A DNA stretch of 41,038 nt from Batkoa obscura. Its lineage: Eukaryota. The stretch covers positions 1 through 41,038 of the forward strand of contig JASVEC010000147.1 of assembly GCA_030770535.1 (NCBI GenBank), in the 5' to 3' direction. The number at the start of each line of letters is the position of its first letter. Within the stretch, counting starts at the first letter, position 1. Position numbers and translations under genes: made by a program. Positions 1-11,701 of the stretch are shown piece by piece. Under the pieces are notes generated by a model. The model was not told the origin of the DNA. It worked only from the letters and a program-made list of their open reading frames with translations, and did not search any database.

Positions 1-25
1 TAAACTTATTTTTATAAAACCATAT

Positions 26-200
26 AGAGATGATTAAGTTAATTTCATTTTTTAGCCAGTTTTTAGAATTTAAATTATAAATAGAGTAACGAATAAAACG
101 ATAAATAATACATAATTTTAAATATTTTATCTTGAGAACTTTGCTTAAAATTCTATAAAAATAAATTCTATTAAAAAGCAAAAGTACCTAACAGTTTCAG
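26..200. mobile_element. Degenerate remnant of the right end of the Sola-like transposon family
   Basis: AACTTTGCTTAAAATTCTATAAAAATAAAT...AAAAGTACCT (138-189) resembles AACTTCGCTTAAACTTCTATAAAATCAAAT...AAAAGTACCT near 36893-36945, the subterminal region of the full element. Boundaries are approximate. Confidence 0.45.
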
Positions 201-382
201 AAAATTATAACAAAAATCTAATACATAACAACGTATAAGCCAATACAATTAATTCTTCTAATTAGTTCTTTCAAAACATGATTTAAACAGTATACTGTAA
301 AAATTTCATTCAATAAAAATTATTAGGTTAGCAAAACCTTAACTCAGCCTATATATCAACATCAATTGAAGTTTTAATATAT

Positions 383-480
383 AGGGATGTTCTTTTTGGT
401 TTCATCATTTTTTCCATTTTTTAAGCGCTATTTGAGCAAGAGATTACTAGTAAAACTCCCAAATGAAAAAATACATCCCC
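383..480 (-). mobile_element. ~98-bp MITE (family A)
   Basis: AGGGATGT...ACATCCCC termini, ATAT direct repeat on both sides, internal family motif TTTTCCATTTTTTAAGCGCTATTTGAG. Confidence 0.9.
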
Positions 481-516
481 ATATAAATAATATATTTTTA
501 TAAAATTTTATTATAT

Positions 517-616
517 GGGAATGTATTTTTGTGTTTAAGAATTTTACTAACAAATTTTCCGCTCAAATAGTGCTTAAAAAATGGAAAAAGTAATGAAACC
601 AGAAAAAAATATTCCC
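517..616 (+). mobile_element. MITE family A
   Basis: GGGAATGT...ATATTCCC termini, ATAT TSD, family core GTGTTTAAGAATTTTACTAACAAATTTTCCGCTCAAATAG. Confidence 0.9.
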
Positions 617-620
617 ATAT

Positions 621-717
621 AGAGATATATACTTTTGTTTAAGAATTTCATTAGCAATTATTCTACTTAAATAACGCTTGAAAAATGGAAAAAGTGATGA
701 AATCAAAAAATACCACT
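621..717 (+). mobile_element. MITE family A, degenerate, directly abutting the previous copy
   Basis: Core TGTTTAAGAATTT...AATGGAAAAAGTGATGAAATCAAAAAA with eroded termini. Confidence 0.8.
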
Positions 718-802
718 ATATTTAAGCTCATCTTGAATTTATTGAATGAATGGTGAGGTAAATAATTTTAATACATGTTTATACTTGACCGACCATGTGA
801 TC

Positions 803-875
803 GCCTTCTTGGCTCAGTTGGCAGAGCGTCCGCCTAGTAAGCGGAAGGTCATTGGTTCGATTCCGATAGAAGGCA
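803..875 (+). tRNA. tRNA-Thr(AGT)
   Basis: Acceptor stem GCCTTCT/AGAAGGC, D arm GCTC/GAGC, anticodon arm TCCGC-CTAGTAA-GCGGA, T loop TTCGATT; 73 nt, no intron. Confidence 0.97.
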
Positions 876-1407
876 AAGTCTTTGAGAAGATTATAATTTT
901 GCTATTCTTAGTTTAATTTATTACATAAATCAAAAGCATTTAAAGCACACTTTTTTACATTTGAATACTAGATCAAATATATTTGTTAATTATAATATAT
1001 AATACAAAACCAATAAGCACGATATTTACTAAAACTGTTTTAAATTTCAAACTTAAACTATTTTTTAGTTCATTTGATAAAATAATGACTCGACTTCAAA
1101 ATAAAAAAGATTTAATACTCTATATCAGCGTAAATGAGCTTTAACTATTATGATTTTAAATTAATTAGATTGTTAGTTTATAATTATTAATTTTGATATG
1201 TTTTTATAAAGTCATGAAGTTAGAGCCAATTTGAATAATATATTTAAATCCCAAAAAGTAGACCATACTACAACAAATTTGGAGCTTATATAAAATATTT
1301 ATGTTTCATAGCTATTTATACAAGTACATTTGGTACAAAATCAATCATAATTTTAGGTTGGAATAAAAACATGTTTTAATGAAATGTGGCACCCAATGTT
1401 CCGATAC

Positions 1408-1503
1408 GGGGATGTATTTTTTTATTTAAAAATTTTACTAATAATTTTCCTTTCAAGTAACGCTTAAAAATGGAAAAAGTGATGAAATCAAAAAAACATT
1501 CCC
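1408..1503 (+). mobile_element. MITE family A
   Basis: GGGGATGT...ACATTCCC termini and family core. Confidence 0.85.
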
Positions 1504-1916
1504 ATGTTTTCTAATGAACAGTAAAAAATTAGAAGCCACAAAATAAGTCCTAACTCATGATCTTTTAACCGATTTCAACAAGATTAGAAAGACATAAACT
1601 GCTTAACTTTAATCGAAGTAGCAAAATAACACTAAAAAAAAGCAAATATCAAAATAAAATCATGTTTATATATTAGAGACTATTTTTTATTGAAGTGTTC
1701 ATAACCTTGTTGAGAATAGCAAAATATCATACTTCTATTTTGGGTTTCTAATTTTTTATATTTTCTTAGATAATACATTGGAACATGATCTATGAATATA
1801 ATATAATATAAAATTTTATAAAAAGCAAAACCGTAATTTTTACACATATGAATAAAAAGTATAAAAGTTTGAGTTTAAACTTTAGGAAATATGTTGTTTA
1901 AATCAGCTTTTCAAAA

Positions 1917-3404
1917 ATGAAAACAAATATTTTAATTGCAGTCGCTTATCTTTCTCAATTAATATCAGGCTACAACATACTAATTCACTCTTCAGCAGGT
2001 GGAAGGTCACATATACGATGGTTATTAGAGGTTAGTGAAACTCTTTCCGATATGGGGCATACAGTAACATATCTAAGCGATGATTCCAATTTACAAAATA
2101 GCCAATCCAACAAGATAAAGAAAGTAAGTACGGGGGAAAGTCCTTATAAAGATGCGGGTATATATTTCCATGATGCAATCAATAATCTTCAAAAGAAAAG
2201 CCATCAAGAAGTTTCTGCAAAATTATTAGATGTCTTACTCATGATAAGCTATCGGGCGAATTTTAATGAGCTGCATAAGTTTATTGAGATCAATAGAGAT
2301 TTAGATTTAATTATATGCGATTTTTTAACACCAGCATGTGTGGATTTAGCTTTATTGAAAAATATACCATTAGCTATTAACTTCCAAAGTTTTGATGTAT
2401 TTGGCAGCGTAAAACCTACATATTCGTCTAATCTTGATGACAATTTTTTTGACATAATTGGGTTATTAAAAGAATATTATTCTTATCATAATACATTAAA
2501 AAAACTCAATTTAGTGAGAAACTCTTTTGGTATTTCTAACCAAAACTACTTGTCTGCAGACTACTCAAAAACACTCAATTTAGTTCACTCTTTCTCAGGG
2601 TTGGAATTAAGTAAAGTGCCTAGTCATTTTCATCTAGTTGGACCTATATTCAACTCTACTTCGCCTATAATAGAAAACGAGGTCATTTTAAATATTTTAA
2701 ATAGTAAAAAGAGAATCGTATATATAGCGTTTGGGAATAATGCACAATTACCAATGGAGGCTCATGAAGCAATAATTAAAAGTATGTCAAGTTTACTTGC
2801 GGATTCTACAATAGATTCGGTGATCTACTCTACTCATTATTCGTGCGTAAACCCTAATATTTATTGTGGTAGCAATTTACCACAAATAAATATATTGAAC
2901 AGCCCTAATGTTAAGTTATTTGTATCTCACTGTGGTATGGAATCAGTATTAGAATCTATTAATAGCACTAAGCCAGTACTATGTGTCCCTTTATTTGCTG
3001 ATCAACCATGCTCAGCAAGAAGGTTATCAAATTTAAAAGTAGGAGATTATCTAATGTTCAAAGATTTGAACGAAGATAATTTAACAAAAAAAGTAAGTAA
3101 ATTATTAAGCAGCCTAGATGATAGTAAAATGATTGCCCTTAACAGTATAATGAAGATAAATAGCAAAGATTCAAAAGAAAGGGCACTTGGTTTAATATTA
3201 AATTATATTCAAAAAAGTAAGTCTTGCAACAATCAGTTATCTTGCTATAAACCAACCGTTGAATTGAAATTTTATTGGCAATACTATTCGTTATTATTAC
3301 CTGCCTTCCTTATACTATCTTGTTCTACTTTTATAGCATTGTTTATTTGGATTAAAGCGTTAACTAAGTTCATGAAACTATCCAAGAAGGGTAAAAGTGA
3401 CTAG
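1917..3404 (+). CDS. UDP-glycosyltransferase (GT1/UDPGT family), type I membrane topology, divergent paralog
   Basis: 495 aa. N-terminal hydrophobic signal, GGRSH catalytic-His motif, CDF, AFG, UDPGT signature LPQINILN...FVSHCGMESVLES...PLFADQ, C-terminal TM helix and KGKSD dilysine tail. Confidence 0.93.
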   Translation: MKTNILIAVAYLSQLISGYNILIHSSAGGRSHIRWLLEVSETLSDMGHTVTYLSDDSNLQNSQSNKIKKVSTGESPYKDAGIYFHDAINNLQKKSHQEVSAKLLDVLLMISYRANFNELHKFIEINRDLDLIICDFLTPACVDLALLKNIPLAINFQSFDVFGSVKPTYSSNLDDNFFDIIGLLKEYYSYHNTLKKLNLVRNSFGISNQNYLSADYSKTLNLVHSFSGLELSKVPSHFHLVGPIFNSTSPIIENEVILNILNSKKRIVYIAFGNNAQLPMEAHEAIIKSMSSLLADSTIDSVIYSTHYSCVNPNIYCGSNLPQINILNSPNVKLFVSHCGMESVLESINSTKPVLCVPLFADQPCSARRLSNLKVGDYLMFKDLNEDNLTKKVSKLLSSLDDSKMIALNSIMKINSKDSKERALGLILNYIQKSKSCNNQLSCYKPTVELKFYWQYYSLLLPAFLILSCSTFIALFIWIKALTKFMKLSKKGKSD

Positions 3405-3715
3405 ATTAGATCAATCACAGATCTTAATCTTTATCCCAGAATTCACTTTAAATTTAGGGATCATATCAAACACTATAAATAAAACAGAATCATTGATTAT
3501 TTTAGTTTATTTTATTAAATTCTGCTTAAGCATTTCTGATATTTATAAGAGACGCACATCCATGTTATACCTTTTTAAGGTCCTATATTATAGCGTTTTA
3601 TAAGCATAGACATCATTTGAATTAAAGAACAATTTAAATGTATATTCAATAGTGGAAATTTAAAATAATAAAACAAAAAAGCTAGAAACAATCAAAATAG
3701 ACATTTCCTTTAGTA

Positions 3716-3788
3716 AGCTCCCTGCGGGACTCGAACCCGCAATCCTCAGATTAGAAGTCTGATGCCTTATCCATTAGGCCAAGGGAGC
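3716..3788 (-). tRNA. tRNA-Arg(TCT)
   Basis: Reverse complement gives acceptor stem GCTCCCT/AGGGAGC, anticodon arm TCAGA-CTTCTAA-TCTGA and T arm GCGGG-TTCGAGT-CCCGC. Confidence 0.96.
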
Positions 3789-4053
3789 TCTGCTCTCTAT
3801 TAGGTAAACTATTTATAATTCTATACTTTTACTTTAAAATTAGTATAAAATAAATTTTTACTAATATAAATCTATGATACTAAGATCAAACAACGAAACT
3901 TTATTTAATAAATAGTTAAAATTTGATGTTTTGTCAATAATAGATATCAATATTTCAATATTTCATAAAGTTTTTGTTTTAGTTGCAATTATTCATATTT
4001 AAATTAATCTATACTATAATAAAATTAGCTTAGACTATAAAATAACAATAAGT

Positions 4054-4150
4054 GGGGATATATTTTTGTGTTTAAGAATTTTATTAACATCTTTCCACCC
4101 AAATAATGCTTAAAAGATGGAAAAAGTAATTAAGCCAAAAAAACATCCCT
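4054..4150 (+). mobile_element. MITE family A
   Basis: GGGGATAT...ACATCCCT termini and family core. Confidence 0.85.
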
Positions 4151-4685
4151 ATATGATATAGATTAATTTTAATTTGAACCGGAACTCGGAGCTTAAATTT
4201 AGGCATTTATAGATTCAAAGTTTAATCGTTAAGGATCAGATTGAAAATAAAGTATGGTTTAATAGTGGAATTCCTTAATATTATTAAAAAGGAAATAACA
4301 ATTAATTCAATTTGAACAAAAGTAAGTGATAACTTTGCTTCAATTCTTTTATTATCGTAGTTAATTTTATAATACATTACAATAATAAGATGCTATTTCT
4401 CCAGTTTTGTTTATTATAGTTCAAATAATGTTAATTAAATAAATATGGAAATAGTTGATTATAAAATTAAAACCAACTAATAGAGTTACATAATCATTTA
4501 TATTCAATTGATGATAAATAATCAGATTGCTTAATTTAATAGAGCTTATAGTTTATTATCCGTCCGAAATTTACAATTATATGACCTTAAAACAATCTAG
4601 TAAACAATATTTAATAAATGACCCAAAAAATGAAACTATATAAAGATTGAATTATAAACGTCAATCTATAAACAAAAAAGTCAAA

Positions 4686-6398
4686 ATGAAGATATCATTA
4701 TTAATAGCAGCTCTTCCATTTTTAAATTCGCTAAATGGATTTAGTGGTAAAGGAGAGTTATTTGATAGTAATAGCAGTCCTAAATTAAATGTTGTAGTAC
4801 ACTCAGGAGTTGGTGGTAGAAGTCACATAAAGCCAGTTTTAGAAATAGGGGATGAGTTAGCAAATAGGGGACATAAAGTAACTTATGCAACAATCGAAGA
4901 AAATATTCGATTTTTAAAAGGATATAATATTGGAAATTACTCTTTAGGAAAAGGATTCCTTGATGATACTGCTATGAGAAATATGATGAAAACTCGTATT
5001 TTAAGTAAAAGTTCAGAAAGCACCTCTAGCTTAATGAGAAAGAGGTTGGCACCCATTCTTTCCAGGAGTTATGAGGATTTATATCATCCGTTGAAAGATT
5101 ATCTTATTGAAACTAAACCAGATCTTTTGGTTTGTGATTTCTTTGCTCATACATGTGCTGATTTAGCAAAGTACTTAGGTATCCCATTGATTAATGGTTA
5201 TCAAACTACAGATGGCATTGGTTTAGCTATAGAACCTTTTATCACCACAGGGTTTGACTATGGTCCTCTTTATACTAAAGATATGTCCTTTATTGACCGT
5301 TTTTATTCACAAGTTATTAAATCAGTAGTTAGTGGATATTATTTATCTCAAGTCACTCAACTAGAAAATGAAATAAGGAAAAGATATGGAATTTCGTCTA
5401 CCTATGGAGTACATGCTGGATTAGATTATGGATTAAGTATTGCAAATACTTTTGTTGGATTTGAGCCAGCCTCTGGACTACCACCAGCTATAATTCAAGT
5501 AGGACCCCTTATATCTGAAAACAAAGATACTTTAGGATTGAAATTAGAAGGATTTTTAAACCTTCATGAAAATACTTTGTTCATTGCTTTTGGCTCAAAT
5601 TCAGTACTAAATGAACATTTAACCAAAAAAATATTAGAAGCATCTTTATTGGCAATTGAAGAAGGGATCATTGATGCAGTATTATGGGGATTAGGACGTA
5701 CAAAACAAAGTGATTTTCCAGTGGAAGTAAATGATGGTAAAGGCGGAAAAGTGAAAGTACAAGATTTATTCGAAGGAAAGAATGATAAAATTAAGCTATT
5801 GTCTTGGGCTCCACAAGTTTCAGTCTTAAATCATAAGAATACTAAATTATTCATATCTCATGGTGGATTAGAATCTACCTTTGAAGCTATTTATTCAGGT
5901 ACACCAGTATTATGCTTAGCATTATTTGGAGATCAACCAAGAAATGCACGTAAACTAGAAGAAATTGGAACTGGGATTTATATTGATAAATTTACTTTTA
6001 CATCCAAATCATTAAAAGAGCAGCTTAAAATTATAATTGAAGATAAGGATGATAAATTCAAATCAAATTTATCAAGAATGAAGACAATCTCTCATCATAA
6101 TTCAAGAAGGCTCAGTTATGCTGCTGATGTGTTTGAACAACATGCTTATACTGCTAAAGCATGTAGAAAGTATGAACCTTATAATGTTGACTCTAATTTG
6201 CCACCTTGTGAAATCAAACATCTTACTCCAGTATCAAATCAAATGTCCTTTATACAAGCTAAAGGTATCGATATTTATGGTACTGCTATTTTGATATTAT
6301 TATCAAGTTTTATTTTATCATTATGTCTATTATATTTCTTATCAAAACTTGTATACAAGTTGTATAAACAAATAGCTACTAAAACTAAAACTGAATAA
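4686..6398 (+). CDS. UDP-glycosyltransferase (GT1/UDPGT family), ER membrane type
   Basis: First ATG at 4686 (MKISLL, signal peptide), 570 aa. GGRSH, WAPQVSVLNH...FISHGGLES...LFGDQ signature, C-terminal TM, KTKTE tail. Confidence 0.95.
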   Translation: MKISLLIAALPFLNSLNGFSGKGELFDSNSSPKLNVVVHSGVGGRSHIKPVLEIGDELANRGHKVTYATIEENIRFLKGYNIGNYSLGKGFLDDTAMRNMMKTRILSKSSESTSSLMRKRLAPILSRSYEDLYHPLKDYLIETKPDLLVCDFFAHTCADLAKYLGIPLINGYQTTDGIGLAIEPFITTGFDYGPLYTKDMSFIDRFYSQVIKSVVSGYYLSQVTQLENEIRKRYGISSTYGVHAGLDYGLSIANTFVGFEPASGLPPAIIQVGPLISENKDTLGLKLEGFLNLHENTLFIAFGSNSVLNEHLTKKILEASLLAIEEGIIDAVLWGLGRTKQSDFPVEVNDGKGGKVKVQDLFEGKNDKIKLLSWAPQVSVLNHKNTKLFISHGGLESTFEAIYSGTPVLCLALFGDQPRNARKLEEIGTGIYIDKFTFTSKSLKEQLKIIIEDKDDKFKSNLSRMKTISHHNSRRLSYAADVFEQHAYTAKACRKYEPYNVDSNLPPCEIKHLTPVSNQMSFIQAKGIDIYGTAILILLSSFILSLCLLYFLSKLVYKLYKQIATKTKTE

Positions 6399-6599
6399 AT
6401 AAACGACTTTAATAATATTTTGTTTATATTATCTAATTGACTATTTTACAACTTTTACTAAAAGAGAAAATAGTATTGTTAACTCCAAAATTTTATTAAC
6501 ATATAAGATACATATTTAGGCTCAAAACTATTTGAGTCTAATACTTATCTTCAAAATTGTATTCAATTCAACGGTGTGTCTCATTTATAGTTTACTCAA

Positions 6600-7650
6600 T
6601 TCTAGCTCAGATCCACAACTTCAAGCCTCTTATCAGTGAATATTGTTTATTTAATTGAGTCAAAATAGATGTCAAAGTAGCCTATAGATTTTTAATATTT
6701 TTATACCAAATCTTTATAGACTCCTTGAGCAGATACTTATATCAACAGCCTTTCTCTTAATCCTAAGTCATGGACAATTAATTTTGATTTTACAAATATT
6801 ATTTTACCTGATTATAATTATATACAATCATTATTTGTAAGTTCAGTTACTAGATTTTTCCACAAGATATTTTATTTTCCTAGCTTCAATTTGATTACGA
6901 GTCCTCTTCCTATTTCAGTTCTTTTCCTAAAGTAGCTTTTACCAATCAACCGCGAATGTAAGCACTCTTTTGTTTCAACTCAATAGCTCTTGAAATACTT
7001 AAACTAGTTTACTCCCCACAAATTTCCCCCTTGGATCATCAAATTTCTCTCCTCCATAGAATTCTAAAGGCTCTTTCCTTTTTTTTGGAACAAAACTATT
7101 GCTTTCCCTTGTGTTTAGTATGTTTAAAAAAACAAAAAATTCAAATTTTTATTTTTTGTTTGTATACAGACGTTGCAGCTCTTTTTATAATGTTATAAAG
7201 TGTTTATTTAAGAGTAAAATAATTTCTAAAATTCCATCAATATATAAGGGCTAACCTTTAAAAAAAGCCACTTAGGTAAATAACTCAACTATAAAAATTA
7301 TTCTCAGTATTTTTCAAAAGGGTTGCAACAGCTGTAGCATTGTTACAATGTGTTTTCAAAGCTTAAGAATTTCCTCCAATAAACCCTACTAAAAATACAT
7401 ATTCATCCTCCTTCTATAGCTGTGTTACTTCTGAATAGGAGAGAGATCTTTTAAGGAGTATCAATCCATTCAACGCTACACAAACCTCTTCAAAAATCCA
7501 AACAAAGCTTTCAAGAAATAAATTGGACGAGCATAGTGGATCTAACTTATCCTACTCCAAACTTGGGTTAAAGTTTTTGCCCTTTGCCTTTTATCTTATC
7601 TTTATTTAAATTTTCCCTGTCCTAAATAAACCAAACCTTCTGTGTAAATT
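6600..7650 (-). pseudogene. Possible highly degraded non-LTR retrotransposon fragment
   Basis: Composition looks more coding-like than the flanks. Minus-strand translation near 7545-7645 gives VWFI*...K...PKFGVG, loosely like the FIW...PKxxGGLG region downstream of L1-type RT. Many stops; weak evidence. Confidence 0.2.
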
Positions 7651-7815
7651 AGTGATTTAAAAAAGATTAAATTCAAATGCCTGAAATACTAAAATTCTAA
7701 AAATTATGTAAGTGGAATTTCAAGTTAGCTTATTTAATAAATGAGACCACACACCATATTTTTACATAAATACTTAAGTTATTTGAACATTCTATTTGTC
7801 AATGTTTAGTGATTA

Positions 7816-8221
7816 TATAATGTAATCTATAAAGTAATCTGACTTTTTTTATAGGCCAAGCCCCAAGGGTAATTAACTGCAACTATGAAACTAATTTTCA
7901 TAAAATTTGACCTAATTATTCAAGAAACAAATTCCAGTCAAGAATACATTATTAATTAGATTAAGGCAGCTAAATAACACCCTTCACTATAGTGTTAGTT
8001 TTTAATCTTCTAAGAAGCTATTTTAAATCAAGAAAAAGCAGTTAGTTTTATTATTAATGACTGCAAATAGAGTTAATTAATCTGTAGTGAAAGAAACCAA
8101 AATTTTCTGATAAAAAACAGCTCTTTATTAAAAATTCTAAAAATTAAAACTAGTATTGCAACCTATGGCCTATTTTCTGCATAAATCAAAAAGATCAGAT
8201 TACCTTATAAATCACTTTATA
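7816..8221. mobile_element. Non-autonomous TIR element, family B (longer form)
   Basis: Imperfect inverted ends TATAATGTAATCTATAAAGTAATCTGA / TCAGATTACCTTATAAATCACTTTATA. The interior is homologous to 22730-23065. Confidence 0.6.
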
Positions 8222-8238
8222 AACAATCAATAGGCTAT

Positions 8239-8331
8239 GGGACTGTTTTTTTGGTTTCGTCACTTTCCCATTTTTTAAGCGCTATTCGAGCGGAAAGGTT
8301 GTTAAGTTCCTAAGCATAAAAACACATTCCC
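8239..8331 (-). mobile_element. MITE family A
   Basis: GGGACTGT...ACATTCCC termini, family core in reverse orientation. Confidence 0.85.
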
Positions 8332-8354
8332 ATATACTTGAATGAAAATAACAT

Positions 8355-8450
8355 GAGGATGTTTTTTTGGCTTCATCACTTTTTCCATCTTTTAAGCGCT
8401 ATTTGAGTGGAAAAACTATCACTAAAATTTAAGCATAAAAATACATCCCA
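8355..8450 (-). mobile_element. MITE family A
   Basis: GAGGATGT...ACATCCC termini, family core in reverse orientation. Confidence 0.85.
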
Positions 8451-8713
8451 GGTGAATTTAATTTTAGCTTATTGAGTTTTTTAAAAGCAAAAGAATATTC
8501 TCAATACTACCTTTACTTCAATAAAGCAACTCTATTGACGGCTTTGTTTCATAAGTTAGGCAACTTGAATATTTATTTGTTTTTACAGTAGAGATATAAG
8601 AAACATATTTATATTTAATACATATATATATAACAATTAATAATATTTAATATCCCTTTATTTATTTAAAAAACAGTGATACTAATAATAATAAGAAATG
8701 TAGTTCACTTTGT

Positions 8714-10423
8714 TCATTCTGTTTTTGACTTAGCTGAAATTTGCTTATAAAAGCTGTATACAAATTTAGATAAATAGTATAAGAAATAGGATGCTAAAAC
8801 GAAACTTGATAATAATAATAAAATAGCAGTGCCATAGATATCAATTCCATAAGCTGAAATAGCGGACATTTGCTTTGAAATTGGAATAAGATGTTTGATT
8901 TCACAAGGTGGTAAGTTGGAGCTAGGATCAAAAGGTTCATGTTCTCTACATGCTTTAGCAGTATAAGCATGTTGTTCAAACACATCAGCAGCATAACTGA
9001 GCCTTCTTGAATTATGATGAGAGATTGTCTTCATTCTTGATAAATTTGATTTGAATTTATCATCCTTATCTTCAATTATAATTTTAAGCTGCTCTTTTAA
9101 TGATTTGGATGTAAAAGTAAATTTATCAATATAAATCCCAGTTCCAATTTCTTCTAGTTTACGTGCATTTCTTGGTTGATCTCCAAATAATGCTAAGCAT
9201 AATACTGGTGTACCTGAATAAATAGCTTCAAAGGTAGATTCTAATCCACCATGAGATATGAATAATTTAGTATTCTTATGATTTAAGACTGAAACTTGTG
9301 GAGCCCAAGACAATAGCTTAATTTTATCATTCTTTCCTTCGAATAAATCTTGTACTTTCACTTTTCCGCCTTTACCATCATTTACTTCCACTGGAAAATC
9401 ACTTTGTTTTGTACGTCCTAATCCCCATAATACTCCATCAATGATCCCTTCTTCAATTGCCAATAAAGATGCTTCTAATATTTTTCGACTAATTATTGGT
9501 GTAAGCATTGAATTTGAGCCAAAAGCAATGAACAAAGTATTTTCATGAAGGTTTAAAAATCCTTCTAATTTCAATCCTAAAGTATCTTTGTTTTCAGATA
9601 CAATTGGGCCTAATTGAAGTATACTTGGTAATATTGGAGCAGCAGGTTCAAAACCAACAAATGTGTTTGCTATGTTTAATCCGTAATTTAAATCTCCAAA
9701 TCTATCTAAAGTTGGATTAATATTGTGTTGACTTCTTAACTTATCAAACTGCTTATATAAATTTCTAAAATCGATGAATAATGATAATGGATTTATCACT
9801 TGAGTGTAAAAGCGTTCAAAAAATGACATATCTTTGGTATGGATCGGGCCATATTCCATCCCCAATGTAATATAGGGTGTATTAATGATTCCGAACCCAT
9901 CTGTAGTTTGAAAGCCAGCAATTAAAGGTATTTTTAAAGTTTTAGCTAAGTCTTTACAAGCATAGGAGATAAAATCACATACAATAAGGTCAGGTTTTTC
10001 TTCGGTGAGATAATCTTTAAAAGGAAAATAAATAGATTCATAGTTTTCTGTCCAAAACGTTGACATTATATTTGACATTCTTTTCATAGTACTTCGTTTA
10101 TCTTCTTTAATTAAGCCATCTTGCATATCTTTTCTTATAAAACTTTCATCAATTTTTGGTTTACCTAATGAATAATTACCAATACTATACCCCTTCAAAA
10201 ATCGAAGATTATGTTCTAAAGTTACATAAGTTACTTGATGGCCTCTATTGATTAATTCATCTCCTATTTCTAACATCCCCTTGATATGACTTCTACCACC
10301 AAAATCAGAGTGGACTACTATTTTTAATGGAAAGGAATTTTCAGTAGTAAATGAAATACCCTTAGATTCATAAAAAGTAAATGAAAATAAGAATTGTAAA
10401 TAAAGAAGTTGATAAAATTTCAT
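8714..10423 (-). CDS. UDP-glycosyltransferase (GT1/UDPGT family), ER membrane type; inverted paralog of 4686-6398
   Basis: First ATG at 10423 (MKFYQLL, signal peptide), 569 aa. Same motifs as the paralog; KSKTE tail. Confidence 0.95.
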   Translation of the reverse strand: MKFYQLLYLQFLFSFTFYESKGISFTTENSFPLKIVVHSDFGGRSHIKGMLEIGDELINRGHQVTYVTLEHNLRFLKGYSIGNYSLGKPKIDESFIRKDMQDGLIKEDKRSTMKRMSNIMSTFWTENYESIYFPFKDYLTEEKPDLIVCDFISYACKDLAKTLKIPLIAGFQTTDGFGIINTPYITLGMEYGPIHTKDMSFFERFYTQVINPLSLFIDFRNLYKQFDKLRSQHNINPTLDRFGDLNYGLNIANTFVGFEPAAPILPSILQLGPIVSENKDTLGLKLEGFLNLHENTLFIAFGSNSMLTPIISRKILEASLLAIEEGIIDGVLWGLGRTKQSDFPVEVNDGKGGKVKVQDLFEGKNDKIKLLSWAPQVSVLNHKNTKLFISHGGLESTFEAIYSGTPVLCLALFGDQPRNARKLEEIGTGIYIDKFTFTSKSLKEQLKIIIEDKDDKFKSNLSRMKTISHHNSRRLSYAADVFEQHAYTAKACREHEPFDPSSNLPPCEIKHLIPISKQMSAISAYGIDIYGTAILLLLSSFVLASYFLYYLSKFVYSFYKQISAKSKTE

Positions 10424-11123
10424 TTTTTTGATAATTAATTGAACTGTTATATTTGAGTTTTTATTCCTTTTTTTCCACACATCTTCTAGATTCAATGGTT
10501 AAATAAAACAACTTTATCGGCTACTTTGTTTATCCCAATTAATGTTGCCGTTTTTTTTAGTAATCGGTGGAATTAAATGTTCAATTGAATTAATAAAATG
10601 GAGCATAAATTCCCATGTTTTATCATTAAATCAATGCTATTTTTATTATGGGACTAACACTTACAATAGAAATGACGTTAGATTTGGAAACAAAAATAGA
10701 AGACATAATTTCATTTTAATTTAATAGGAAAACTTAATATTATTTAATATGATTGTTGTTATATATTACTTAATTCGAACCTTTTAACAAATTTGTATTT
10801 GTATCTTATTTCAAAATTTAGTTATCCGTTTTGATATTTTTCCATAAAACACTATTGTTTATCCTAAGCATATTATTAGTAGAAACAAAAAGTAAATGGA
10901 AGATACTAAAATAAATAATAACATCTATCTAAATTTGCATATGAATAAATTTTGTTATAAATAATGATTGAGTTTTATTCTTTTAAGATTTTGTGATTGA
11001 AATGAAGTAACAATAGTCTTATTAAAAAGAGATGAGCCCAAAAAATACCCTCATATATTTAATAATCAATAATTATTTGTCAACATTAGACCAAAAATCT
11101 TAGAAAAAAGTTAATTACAATAT

Positions 11124-11222
11124 GGGGATGTATTTTTGTGTTTAAGAATTTAACTAATAATCTTTTCGCTCAAACAACGCTTAAGAAATGGAAAAAGTGA
11201 TGAAATCAAAAAAAACATCCTC
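11124..11222 (+). mobile_element. MITE family A
   Basis: GGGGATGT...ACATCCTC termini, ATAT TSD. Confidence 0.9.
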
Positions 11223-11606
11223 ATATATATATTAAAAGTTAACTTTTTAGGCATCAAACTATTTTCAAAAAAAGTAACCTGTATAAGATTGAGACTTTTG
11301 GATTGTTAATAATACCAGTCTAATTAGCTAAGATTAATTTGATAAAATAGCTATTAACAATTAATTTTTGCTTTTACAAAAATTAGACAAATATAGTTTA
11401 TTTATAATACTCAGTGCTTATCATATTTTCAATTTTATTATTTTTAAATGAATTTTTTATTTAAATTAAATATTTTAAAGAAATCCAAATCAACTAATCA
11501 TAAGTAATAAATAAACAAATTAACTTAATACAAAATTATTATTATTATTAAATAATATAACATAACAATTTTTTCAAAACTACCTTTATTTAACAAAAGT
11601 ATATAT

Positions 11607-11701
11607 TGGAACATTTTTGATTTCATCACTTTTTCCATTTTTAAGCGCTATTTGAGTGGAAAATTTGTTGGTAAAATTCTTAAACATAAAAATACATCCT
11701 C
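11607..11701 (-). mobile_element. MITE family A
   Basis: Family core in reverse orientation, right terminus ACATCCTC, left terminus eroded. Confidence 0.8.

Noticed and set aside
383..717. Clustered repeats resembling a CRISPR array
   Set aside because: Units are ~98 bp, in mixed orientation, with TIRs and TSDs. There are no regular spacers or cas genes, and the context is eukaryotic.
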